Assembly (NCBI RefSeq): GCF_964355755.1
Contig: NC_092670.1
Span: 39,730,388 to 39,794,387, forward strand
DNA: 64,000 nt
Origin: Antedon mediterranea
Taxonomy: Eukaryota; Animalia; Echinodermata
Direction of reading: 5' to 3'
This document shows positions 14,252 through 27,275 of this stretch, piece after piece (the stretch's first letter is position 1; every line of letters starts with the position of its first letter). A program made the translations under genes and the position numbers. The notes beneath the pieces were generated by a model. That model was not told where the DNA came from. It ran no database searches and saw only the letters and a list, made by a program, of their open reading frames with translations.

Positions 14252-14360
14252 TAATGAGGGCGCCCTGTAATAACAACTTTCAGAGCCATCAATATAATAG
14301 CTCTGACAACTTTCAACAATCGAAAGAAATGGAGGCTGCTGCAAGATATCTGAAATATTT
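14252..14360 (+). pseudogene. Duplicated fragment of the FBXO9 promoter/5' region
   Basis: AATGAGGGCGCCCTG.AATAACAACTTT...AATGGAGGCTGCTGCAAGATATCTGAAATATTT matches 27118-27200. Confidence 0.8.
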
Positions 14361-14533
14361 ATATACATTATGGCTGTGTGGGTAAATTGAGAATAATAAT
14401 ACAGTTGAATACATGCTAGGCTAAAAGATAGGATATGATATAATACTCGATTGCGCATGTTAAAGTTTTTAGCTTTGGTAAAATAATGAGGGCGCCCTGA
14501 TACCATGACAAAAAACTTGCATTCAACAGTACT

Positions 14534-14682
14534 TTTACGCTTGTATTAATTCTGTCGTAAACACCAGTGTAAAAAACAAATTGACGCGTCGTATGTTACA
14601 TTTGACGCAGAAAACTAAACTTCCAGAACGATGAATTTCTCCATCTTTTATTTTAGATTCTTTGAAGAGAAGCACGCCCTCA
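14534..14682 (-). pseudogene. Duplicated, decayed fragment of PSMF1 exon 1 and its 5' flank
   Basis: Matches 3339-3492 (TAAACACCAGTGTAAAAAACAAA.TGACGCGTCGTAT...GATGAATTTCTCCAT...GCCCTCA), with a small deletion and no splice donor. Confidence 0.85.
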
Positions 14683-15594
14683 GGCGTTCACCACTTAAAT
14701 AATTATCTTAGCTTAAAATTATGTAAACTAATTTCTGTTAGAAAAATTGTCAATGAAGTATTAAACATCAACAAATTAACGTATAATAATCTAATATTAT
14801 TCTAAAAAATATATATTTTATTCGTAACCAACAATTTTAAAGTTCTTGATTATTCCGTATTATATTATTGGATATTTCAGGCATTTGTCTTTGTTCGAAC
14901 TCAATCCATTTGTTAGGCTACTATTATTCCAAAATTGAATGTGCTGTATAGGTAATACGCACCTCTTGTTTCACCCCTCCCCCCCCCCCCCCACCACCAA
15001 CCTAAAATAACAAAAAGAGTAACAAAAAACAAAGTTATTTACCACATTTTATTTGAAAATTTCCTCAAAATTTAAAATAAAAATGTGGCAATTAACTACC
15101 TGTCCCTTTTTTTTGTTTGGCCTTTCTCAAATTCTTTTTCATATTTTAGATGGAAATTGTACTATTATATTAGTTGGTATTTAGACAGAGTAATACTGTA
15201 ACCGGATGGTAGAGTTCTTATTGTTTCTAATGTCCTTGAAATACAATAATATAATAGGAAATGTCAGCAGATTACTAGATATCACCAAAATAGCACATAA
15301 ACAGCAAACATGATAAAAGTATAAACATGTTGTTTTCCCCAACAAATAATAGATAGCCGGATTTAAATTCTAGCCATTCATACACAAACAGTAGTTTGAG
15401 ATAGGATTGACAACCATCCTACATGTTTATGAGCTGCCCACGTCATTTAAATAATAAAATTTACTAATATTGTAACAAATATTTATATCTCTGTCAAATC
15501 AATATATGAATGGATATAACAAAATAAGGATTTAAATTCTACACTAACAAACTTGTGGTCGTTTATCTTGGCTATTATTAGTGAGTTGTAAAAT

Positions 15595-15705
15595 AACAAG
15601 GCCATATAGATGGCTACAGTCGCGTGCTCAAATTTGAGTTAGTGTTTACCGACCGACCAACCGACCGACATAGTGAGCTATAAGAGTCTTGCACGCCACT
15701 AAAAA
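15595..15705 (+). mobile_element. Possible Helentron/HINE-like short remnant
   Basis: AACAAG start, (GACC)n microsatellite and a GTGAGCTATA.GAGTC..GCACGC.ACTAAAAA end. Recognised by resemblance only. Confidence 0.35.
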
Positions 15706-15933
15706 TGGTTTAACGCCATGTCTAGATTATGTTGATTGCAATAGAGTGGGAGGCGCGAAGCGAAAGCTTTGTTTCCATTTGGACGAACGACGCAAGAATG
15801 TTAAGGCGAAAGGAAAGTAATTCGACCGAGTCATAATGATGGATACATTGCGTTACGTTCTTGCGTTGCGTCCTAGTGAGAACCTAACTGAAGTGATGAG
15901 GCGTGGTATCGAAACAGAGATTTCAAGTACTGT

Positions 15934-18457
15934 TCAGGCCTGCTTCATACATATATAAACTGTCGGAGTGGTAAAATGTAGAATGGTTGAAGTATCAATG
16001 AATGCTGGATTTGTGGCATTAATTGAATCTATCGAGTGTGTATCAGGGCTTTCGGTTAATTTAAACTCGTTTAATTCAATTTTATGGGAGTTCTCATCTA
16101 CGATTCCATTTACATGTTCATGGTTGCTATTCATTATTGCTTCTGAATTGCCATTCATTTTTTAATTATTAATCTTAGTTTCTGATTTACACTTTACCAT
16201 AGATTCAAACACTATCGGTGAAAATGATAAAACTACAGGTAGAAAAAACAACCCATGAATTAAACCTATTATCATAACTAGAAACAGTGTTTTGAAAAAT
16301 GAAATAAAAATTCCAGTTGGAAAATTAACTAGCACGAGGATTCAAAGTAAGAGCGAGATCGGCATCCCGATTGTATAGTACGCGTCATTAAGCTTATCGT
16401 TACGAGAGGGGGACGGGGACACTGTGTATATGTACGAAATATGAGCTATAAAATCAACACTAAATCCTATACACAAAATAATATTAATCATAGAAATGGT
16501 ATCAAGACGAACTCCCCAAAATGGCATAAACCCTAATACTCCAAGCTCTATGGAAGCTATGGATACAACCATCCAGATGGAGCAGATTGGTTTTGGAACA
16601 AACAGAATAGAAACAATCATCATGGCAATCAAGGCAATTACCAGATTGGTAAGAGTTGCCGGCAAAATAGTTTTGTACTGGTCATATAATAAAAAATATG
16701 GACTAAACGCAAAGGATTCAAACCCAAAATCTGCAACAATTTCTCTAAAATTCTCCATAAATTCCACATCTTCTGAAGTGTCAAGTCCCACGTGATGTCT
16801 TATCGAACCAATTAAGAACCGCGAGTTTTTTATAGTGTTCTGTCTTTGTTAAATACTATGTCAAGTTCGAATTGTTTAAACTGATTTTGAACTATAAATT
16901 GATTTTGAAGTATGTTGAGAAAAATAGTGCGGTTCGAACTTGTCTGTCCAGTAACGGAACGCCCAAAGTAATCCCTAAAAAATGCCATCATAATGTGAGC
17001 TGAATCGGAGCTTTCTACAGTTTTAGACGGACCTCCAGCACAGAAAAGTCTCTAACGTGAAGAAGGAGCTTCATCAACATGAACGACCCTTTTCCAAGTA
17101 ATACAATGTTTATTACCAGCTTCTCTTCGTCCTGTTATCACCATACACGAAAGAAAGAATGTTAAAACATATATGTACACAAATACAATTAAAACAGCAT
17201 TGTAAATACAGAAATAGGCAACTCCGGGAAATACGCTGGTGCAACCAACAGCAAATGCAAGGAAGTCTGTAAGTGAGATGATAGTGATGGACAATGCTGC
17301 TTCTGATAATGTTTCTGATAAACGATCTTCAACCGATGAACGCACATTTGTTTTCCGCCAAGAAGCAACTAATATATACACATCATCTATACCAATAGCT
17401 GAAATAATAAACCTCATTATTGCAAGGCTTATTTTTGTATAAAATAAATATTAATTACCGTATTTATATAATGTCAAGTAATCTTACCCATAATAATGAT
17501 TGGAGTCAATACACTTATAGGAGTGAATTTCACTTCAAAGTAAACTACAAGTCCATTTGCAGCAAGAACACCAAGTAATATTAAAATAGGCTTATTCACT
17601 ACCCAGTCTATTGTTGCTGAAGATATTACTGAAAATGACACAATAAGCTAGAAAGCGACTGGTATCAATAGCACAACACTGAAGGTAGCTGCCGTAAATT
17701 CGTCTTCAAGTGTCGATGCCGTGTCACGTGCGATGTTTATCACTTCTGAATGAAATCCTTCCATGGCTTTTAGAAACTCTTTCTCCCAAAGTTCAGAGAT
17801 GGTTTCAGACGTCTCCAGATGATGGTAAGACAACATTATATACTTCGTTGATTTCACAATTGGAGTTTCACCGACAAGTTCCACACCTCCTAAGTTGTGT
17901 CCGATTTCAAATATTTCTCCAGTCTGTAGGACAGTAAGTGGGTAGCTGATAATCATTAGCGGTACTCTCGTGGCATCGTAATTGTAAATCTTCAGTATTG
18001 CATTGTTTTCACATTGACCCATCCACGCGAGGCAAATATTACTAAATGTGTATTTTAAACCATCATTTGTGATCGAGATGTTCATAATGGTTTCGTGGAC
18101 TCGAATCACTTCTAAGAACTCTTTAGTTTGTAAGATATTCTGTTTTTGAGCACCGCCGATTATAACTCGACCGTATGAAATGGACGCAGACTGGCGGCTA
18201 ACTGTCATTCCATTTTCATGTTTATCATTGTAGACATCATCAATATAATCCCTATTTTTTATAGATTCTGCGTCAGTTGGTGTAAATAAAAACTCGACGT
18301 CGTTGAACAATTTAATTCGTAAACAACCAGATCCCAGGACTAGGCTGACAACGATCGGTAAAAGAAGAAACGGTAGTGGATATCGATAGACTACTCTGGC
18401 GTAATGCCCATAAATGTTACTCAAAGGCCGAGTAATGCAATCAAAATTAACACCCAT
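15934..18457 (-). pseudogene. PTCHD3-like copy B, pseudogene
   Basis: Paralogous to copies A and C but with in-frame TAG at 17648 and 17052, an 18-bp deletion near 17570, a ~340-bp deletion near 16960 and further small deletions/frameshifts near 16345 and 16210. Confidence 0.9.
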
Positions 18458-19158
18458 CTCGCTGAAATTTAAATTTATACATTAAATTCTGACGAGATTT
18501 TCTTTTTGAGAAAGAGGAAAACAACCCAATCTCACTTGGTCTCACCCTGGTGTAAATAAGTAACATAAGCTGTCATATATGGCATAATAAAAATAATACA
18601 ACAAGTTACTTACCACCTGTCCACTATGGTACTAGGCCTATGCAATTCAACTTAATACGTGTAGGCTTTGGCAGCAATGTGAAAAAAAATGTTCGGTTTC
18701 TTTCAAAGGACGGACTCCAATGATATTTATAATATATATATAATATAAGGTTATGCATGGATGGTTAAAAGCCTCGTAAAATGCATTCAGTGATGTACAA
18801 ATTGTTTGTCAATATTTTGTGAAAGGCTTACATGTATGGGTTATAATTATAACAGAAGGAGAAATAACAAAGTCTGTTTATTTACATGTTGTATGATTTC
18901 TACTTGTGTTGTCTAAAATGTTTCAGAACTTTTTTTTTCTTTATCATGGATAAATAAAACATAAAGCCTTGTTGAGCTATAATTTGCGCTAGTATGTCTA
19001 CTGGGCCAAACTTGAGGCTCAACTTTTCCCTCATATACAAGAAACTCGAAAAAAACATAATTGAGTTCGAAATGATATATAGGGACTTAATGTATAATAA
19101 GATTTACAGTACTATACACAATAGGCCTGTTGTGTAAGTATATTCAAGATGTATTGTC

Positions 19159-21256
19159 CAGTGGGAAAGCCACTTCGCGTTTTGACCGTTAAATCGTGTA
19201 AAATCGACTTACTTCCGCATTGACGATTTTGAAGCGCCACCTATCGTTGAAAACTGAAACCACGATTTTTCGTCGCCTAGCAAATAAGTGCTGTTTTATT
19301 TTAAGCTCTCATGAATATTTAAGAACCGCCCAACATTACCTATTATGGTAAAATCATTTCCTAATAAGTATAATTGAATAACCAATCGGTTTCCTTCAAA
19401 GAAACCGAAGCTAATACAATACATTCGGCGACTGAAGTCGGGACTCGTGAAATTTATAAATGTGGTACGATTTGACTACTGTTTTGTTGTCCATTTTCTG
19501 AATAGTCGGAGGTGCATCCCAACAAATTAAAAAGATTATAATCAATTGTTTTATCAAGAATAATATTAGTTTAATCGAGTATGATATATTTCTATCCTGT
19601 TCAAAATTTGTTGGTGTATTCTCAGGCCTCGAAAGGTAGGTACATTTTCTAGCTGTGAGCGTGGTTTCGGCAACGCGAGACACGTGTGTCAGTATAGGCG
19701 ATAGCGAGACGTGTGTTGTACACTGTGTTGATGCTGATCCGATAGTCGTTAAGTTGTACTGATTACGAGTATCATTGGTCCTGGCCGGCCTGGCCTGGTG
19801 ATCTGATCCCCCCAAAAAAATACTTTTTTTCAATCAGTATTAATATTATTATTTAATTTTTCATTTATTATTTGATTTATTAGGCTCAATAGATGCCTAG
19901 CTAGGTTACTAGTAGGCCTAGATTATATAAATAATAATAGCAAATACTGTAATAATTAATTAATAAAATACAGCTTCCATTTGACATTAACATTTTTTTT
20001 TAAATAATATTTATTTTCAGGAATCGTTGATGATGCAGAGTTCTTTGTCTTTGTGACTTCAAACTGAGAGTGAAGTGGATAAAAAGATGACACCGGTACC
20101 TACCGACATTGTCATACCCAAACTATAATTTAATTATTTAAAACAAAATGTTGAATTACAAATATATGTATGTTGCAGAGGATTATGAATTACAATACAA
20201 ATATTTATGTTGAATGCAAACCTACTACACTATACTCTGTAAATTATGTTATTGTCATGTGGTAGACCTTAAAAATTGAATATTTATTGTATGTTAGGCC
20301 TATTTTATATTTTATTAATACTGTATTTTAATATTACTATTAATTTATATTATACAGTACTAGTTTGTACATGTTTTTACCCAAAAAAAAATGAATAAAT
20401 AATTTGTTATTCAATCTAATTGCTTGTTTGTTCATCAATAACAAAACAATTGTAAGCAAGTATATAACAGTTCTTGTTAGCCGCTTATTTCAGGTCATAT
20501 TATTAATATTAGCTAGGCCCGACGCGCTCGATCACAACGTCACTAAGTGACTTTCCGCCCCTGGAACAATCGCTCGCTAATAGGGCTAGGCCTCGGACTC
20601 GTATAAAAGCTATTATAATAGTTATGATAAATATTCCTCAACTAAAATGTATACTGTGATAAATAAACAAGTAATAATATACGTTGTACATTGGAATGTA
20701 TTTATTTATATGAATTCTTATACGCGGACAATTATAAACATCGCGTATATCGTTCGCTATAAATAAATTCATAAACACGATGACGATGTGTTTACAAAAT
20801 GGCGGTTTCGCTAGTTTTCGATGGAACAAATAGTGGTACCTTTAGTTTGAATAGTCGGAGCTGCATCCCAACCACCGAATTTTGTATCTTAATATCGTAT
20901 TCTGTAGATTATTAATTTTTCTAACAGGGATTTTAAATTCAGGACTGTTCAATTTTTCTAAATATTTTATTTTAACGATTTTCTAGGGTACAATTTCGGA
21001 AAAAAGACATTGGTTGATTTTGCCGTTAAATTACAGATTATCGTTTTGTTCAAATACATTTAATTTTACATGACAATATATTAAAACCATTTATGAATTT
21101 ATTTCACTAACAATATTTTTCCGATAATCAGCTAAATTTACAAATATTGTGTTTTTCCAACACCCTAAAATTTAGCAATTTTGAACTAAATTAGAAAAGT
21201 AGGGCGCCCTCTCCGAGTCGAAATTTGACACGATTTGTCGACTGGCTGTCCCACTG
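19159..21256. mobile_element. 2.1-kb non-autonomous DNA transposon, superfamily uncertain
   Basis: TIR CAGTGGGA(A/C)AGCCA, 5-bp TSD TTGTC (19154-19158 and 21257-21261), internal direct repeat GAATAGTCGGAG.TGCATCCCAAC at about 19500 and 20849; no recognisable ORF. Confidence 0.7.
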
Positions 21257-22116
21257 TTGTCCACGGTGGCATTAAAGTACTAGTTCGATAAAAGTGTGAC
21301 GAGTGAGGGCGCATTATAGTTTATGGAATGCCTTTTTTATTTGGACGGTTTTAAACACATATCTGGAAATATTTTTAGTTTTTAAGTTTTGTTTATATGT
21401 TTATGTATTTTATTATATAATGTTCTGTAAACTAGCTTACATTTAAGTCTTTCTATAAAACAGCGTAGGTTTTATAGATTTGTTAATGTAGTGTCAATTT
21501 ACGACATGAGGTGGTTAAAATTGATTATAAAAATCAAATTTTCTCATTCAATCACAAATTTTGAACGACGCAGTGTAGACACAGCTTAATACGTCATCAT
21601 TTTCTGTTAATTATTCGATTTAGAATGGAATGTTTTCCTAGAATAAATAATTGCCAATAAAATGAAAAAATTGAAAATAAAAATTGACTTTTATTGTTAA
21701 CAAAGGAATTATTATACAAAAATAAAAAATGGTCTATACATGTGCGCGGTATACTGACATACTCTGATTTAAGACTAATTTTCCTAATTTAAACTAAAAT
21801 TCTTTTTTTAATACAATAGAAATGTGGGCATTTTTTTGGACAAAAGATACTATTGGTATTGAACATTTACTCTTCAAAAATGTACGTCAGTCGCGATCCA
21901 GTCATCACACTCAATCTTCGCGACAGAATTACAAAATAAGCGGCGCTGTTGCAATTCAGAGAGTAAAAAAAATGTCCAAACGCGATAAGTTTTTTTTCGT
22001 ACACGAAAACGAAACGATTTTACAAATTCCTTCCATTGCGTAATTGTAATCTTAGTGTGAACCTAGATTAGAGAACAAAGCTTTAGTGAGAGGGGCGTAT
22101 AATGTGTAGACCTGCG

Positions 22117-25083
22117 TCATACATAAACTGTCGGAGTAGTAAAATGTAGAATGGTTGAAGTATCAACGAATGCTGGATTTGTGGCATTAATTAAATCTAT
22201 CGAGTGTGTATCAGGGCTTTCGGTTAATTCAATGTTGTACATTTTAAGGGTCTTCATTTCATCTACTCCATATACATGCCCGTGGTTGTCATTCACTATT
22301 GCTTCTGAATTTCCATTCATTTTTGACTTATTAATCTTAGTTTCTGATTTACTCTTTACCATAGATTCAAACATTTCTATTGGTGAAAGTGATAACAATA
22401 CAGGTAGAAAAAACAATCCATGAATTAAACCTATTGTTATAACTAGAAACAGTGTTTTGAAAAATGAAATAAAAATTCCAGTTGGGGAATTAACTAGCAC
22501 GAGGATACCGAGTAAGGTAGAGATTGCAGCTTGAGAGATCGGCATCCCGATTGTATAGTACGCGTCATTAAGCTTATCGTTACGAGATGGGAATGGGGAC
22601 ACTGTGTATACGTACGACATATGAGCTGTAAAATCAACACTAAATCCTATACACAAAATAATATTAATCATTGTAACGGTATCCAGACGAACTCCCCAAA
22701 ATGTCATAAACCCTAATACTCCAAGCTCTATGGAAGCTATGGATACAACCATCCAGATGGAGCAGATTGGTTTTGGAACAAACAGAATAGAAACAATCAT
22801 CATGGCAATCAAGGCAATTGCAAGATTGGTAAGAGTTGCCGGCAAAATAGTTTTGTACTGGTCATATAATAAAAAAATTGAACTAAACGCAAACGATTCA
22901 AACTCAAAATCTGCAACAATTTCTCTAAAATTCTCCATTAATTCTACATCTTCTGAAGTGTGAAGTCCCACGTGCTGTCTTATCGAACCAATTAAGAACC
23001 GCGAGCTTGTTATACGTGTTCTGTCTTTGTTAAATACTATGTCAAGTTCGAATTGTTTAAATTTATTTTGTACAAGAAATTGATTTTGAAGTATGTTGAG
23101 AAAAATAGTGCGGTTAGAACTTGTCTGTCCAGTAACTGAAAGATATTCGTTAAACGATCGAATCCAGGAATCTGTAAAATATGCGGAGTTTAACCCATAT
23201 TTACTGGTTTCTAAATGTTTATGAACATTCATGATGTTTTTGTTTACATCAGGTTTCCAATAATCAATTTCCTCTGTGAAAACTATTTGTATTAAGGGAC
23301 CAAAAGTTTGAAAAGAAATTTGTTCTATATCTTGAAATGGAATAAGATACGAATCTTTTAAAACAGCATCTCGTAAATCTAACCCTTGTTTTAGTTGGGT
23401 GACACCCCACGTTGAAACACCTACGTACATAGCATACACAAGAAGTGTAGCCATTTTTATCCAAGGTTTTCCCATTATTGGCCCAAAGTAATCCCTAAAA
23501 AACGCCATCATAATGTGAGATGAATCTGAGCTTTCTACAGTTTTAGAAGGACCTCCAGCACAGAAAAGTCTGTAACGTGAAGACGGAGCTTCATCAACGG
23601 GTACGACCCTTTTCCAAGTAATACAATGTTTATTACCAGCTTCTCTTCGTCCTGTTATCACCATACACGAAAGAAAGAATGTTAAAACATATATGTACAC
23701 AAATACAATTGAAACAGCATTGTAAACACAGAAATAGGCAACTCCTGGAAATACGCTGGTGCAACCAACAGCAAATGCAAGGAAGTCTGTAAGTGAGGTG
23801 ATAGTGATGGACAATGCTGCTTCTGATAATGTTTCTGATAAACGATCTTCAACCGATGAACGTACATTTGTTTTCCGCCAAGAAGCAACTAATATATACA
23901 CGTCATCTATACCAATAGCTGAAATAATAAAAAAGGGGATATAATTTCGATCATAAGAATACCGAATAGTGCAGTAATAATAATTTGCTAAAATTAGAGT
24001 TCTTCCAAATTGTTTTGACCACAATCATTATAGAAACGGTTATTTTGTATCAAATGTCTACTAAATATAACTATATCATATTTAGGAAATCTTACCCATA
24101 ATAATGAGTGGAGTCAAAGCACTTATAGGAGTGAATTTCACTTCAAAGTACAATAGAAGTCCATTTGCAGCAACACCAGCAAGAATCGCAGACAGCACAC
24201 CAAGTAATATTAAAATAGGTTTATTTACTACCCAGTCCATTGTTGCTGAAGATATTACCGAAAATGACACAATAAGTAAGAAAGCGACTGGTATCAATGG
24301 CACAATACTGAAGGTAGCTGCCGTAAATTCGTCTTCAAGTGTCGCTGACGTGTCACGTGCGATGTATATCAATTCTGAATGAAATTCTTCCATGGCTTTT
24401 AGAAACTCTTTCTCCCAAAGTTCAGAAATGTCAGATGTCTCCAAATGGTACGACAACATTATATACTTCGTTGATTTCACAATTGAAGTTTCACCGACAA
24501 GTTTCACACCTCCTAAGTTTTTTCCGATTTCAAATATTTCTCCAGTCTGTAGGAGGACAGTAAGTGGGTAGCTGATGTTAATTTGCGGTACTCTCGTGGC
24601 ATCGTATTTGTAAATCTCTAGTATTGCATTGGTTTCACAGTTACCCATCCACGCGAGGCAAATATTACTAAATGTGTATTCTGAACCAGCATTCGTGACC
24701 GAGATGTTCATAATGATTTCATGGACTCGAATCACTTCTAAGAACTCTTCAGTTTGTAAGATATTCTGTTTTTGAGCACCGCCGATTATAACTCGACCGT
24801 ATGAAATGGACGCAGACTGGCGACTGACTGTCATTCCATTTTCATGTTTATTCTTGTAGACATCATCAATATAATCCCTATTTTCTATAGATTCAGCGTC
24901 TGTTGGTGTAAATAAAAAGTCGGTGTCGTTGAACAATTTAATTCGTAAACAACCAGATCCCAGACTTAGACTGATGGCAATCGGCAAAAGAAGAAACGGT
25001 AGTGGATGTCGATAGACTATCCTGGCGTAATGCCCATATATGTTACTCAAAGGCCGAGTAATGCAATCAAAATGAAACCCCAT
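22117..25083 (-). CDS. Patched domain-containing protein 3-like, copy C (about 929 aa; exons 24096-25083 and 22117-23918)
   Basis: Same two-exon structure and RND/SSD motifs as copy A; reading frame intact. Confidence 0.9.
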
Positions 25084-27275
25084 CTTACTGAAATTTAAAT
25101 TTAAAGTATGTTAGTCAAACATATCTTATAAATTACCACCATAAATAAATAAAATAGTTGACTTTTTTGCTTAAAGTTCTTTAATTAATCCATTTTTAAG
25201 ATGAATTTAAACTGGGTTGATAAATAAAGTAGTTTTCTTTTCAATTAAGCAATGCTTAACCATGATTAGAAGCAAGACATAATACATGCCAACTATAGCC
25301 TCTTTTTATTTATCGTATCGTAGAGCTTAATTTGTTTAATAAAGTGAAGTAAATGAAGTGGTGGCATAATGTCTAATTAAGGCCTAGGATAGACAGAAGT
25401 TGTTGCCATGCATAGGCCTAGTTTCTTCGACAGGAGAAAGGAACAATTACCGCTGCAGAAAGTAAACATGGGTCCTTGCCGTCTAGCCTATGGTCGAGAT
25501 ACACCCACATGGTCTGGAGACTAGTTTTCCAAAAAATAGTTCGGAGAAGGGGAAAATTCCTTTTCTCTGAACAAATTGAATGCACAGGGTCTTAACTGGG
25601 AAGAGTGTAATCACATTTTGCTGATCTAAAGGGGCTGTCATACAATGCAACAGGTTACTATAGCGAGTAGGTCTACTATAGTTATAGTCTTTTGTTTGTT
25701 TAACAACAAAGTCAAAGCAAATAGGCGTAGGCCTAGTTGTTATGGAAAATTCTTTTTTTTTACGCAAAGGGTTATTGAAGCAATGATCTGCCTGTTGAAA
25801 AACATCGTCTCTACCCGTCTATAAATGTTTTTGGACAATTCTGAAGAGACTATAAAATCTATAAAAACCCATCGAATATCATGGCTAACTTACTTGTCCA
25901 CTGGTATGCCCACGTAACCTGTAGTTCAAGTCAATTCTTAAACTTAATGTATACTGTTGGCTTCAGCAATGTACAGTTTGTGGCAAATTCATCCTTATCC
26001 ATTCTGAACATATCAGCAATTATCTCTCTTCGCTTACTCATATAGTAGGCCTACGGAATTCATCGATATTATATAATATTTCATCAGCAGGTTATGCATG
26101 GATGGTTACAAGCTTCGTACAATGCATTCAGTGATGTAGACTTAATTTTTTTGTCAATATTGTTTCAGTTAAATTGAATGCATGACGGGATAACAGAGGG
26201 AGGAATGTGTTTCTTTATGATTCCTATACCTGTTGGCTATGTTATGTTTTTTTTTGGATCATTACTTTTTTCTCGGAGAAACAAACTGCTTTCTGTGGAT
26301 AGGACACGCCCGAAGCGTTTAACTATAGTTTGCAATATAGTAGGCTTACTAGACCCAACTGAGCCAGTGGGCCTTTAACTTTTCCCTCGCATGCAAGAAA
26401 TAAATAATAATAAAATCTGGAGTCGTATTGTTTTACTGTACGAAATGATTGGACTATCTAGGCCTAAGTACTAGCCTACACAGTAGGCCTACCCGGCGAC
26501 TCGATCGGGCCTGTTCCATATGAACTAACTTGTGGCTACAGACCTACCACATAGATGTTTACTTTCTTTATCATTTACTTTAAATTTGAATATTAATTGT
26601 ATTACATCCTGCTATATCTTCTTATTTAACTGCACATTGACAGATTATTTTCACTTTTCTAGCTAAATGGATTTTAGGAATATTTTAACTAAAAATGATT
26701 CAAACAGAATTTATTATCTTAATCTTAATTTGTCAGATAAGATGGGCCCAGTCCACCCACCACGCTTTGACCACACTATTTTCTCAACTAGCATCCTAGC
26801 TACACCTTTCATTGCACTCTCTATTATCAAATATTTTTATATTGTTTCTTTTAATATCTATTTATTGAAATTCCTCACTTGATTCACTTGGAATAACTTT
26901 CATTTAGTAGTTGTTTATTTTACCGCTACGCTAAATTACTAAAATTCCTAATTGAGATTAACAATACTCTCTATACCATAGAGATATTATAGTTCACTAT
27001 ATTTCTATACTATATTTAATACTATATTCTATCCTATACAATACAATTTCGTAGTAGGCCTACATGCACTAATAATTAATATCAATGATTTTTGGTTGTG
27101 CATTGCTGCCAGAAAGTAATGAGGGCGCCCTGCAATAACAACTTTTAACAACAATCGGAAGAAAAGAATGGAGGCTGCTGCAAGATATCTGAAATATTTT
27201 AGCTCAGTTCTTCGTTATTCTACCAGTGATTTTACTGTTTGAGTGTTGTTTTTAACTTACTAGCAAGCAGGTACA

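Noticed and set aside
9653-24563. Recurrent plus-strand ORFs conserved across the three copies
   Set aside because: Antisense shadows of the duplicated PTCHD3-like coding sequence.
9754-25083. Canonical Patched (PTCH1) orthologues
   Set aside because: About 930 aa, only two coding exons, a short tail and PTCHD3/PTR-type motifs.
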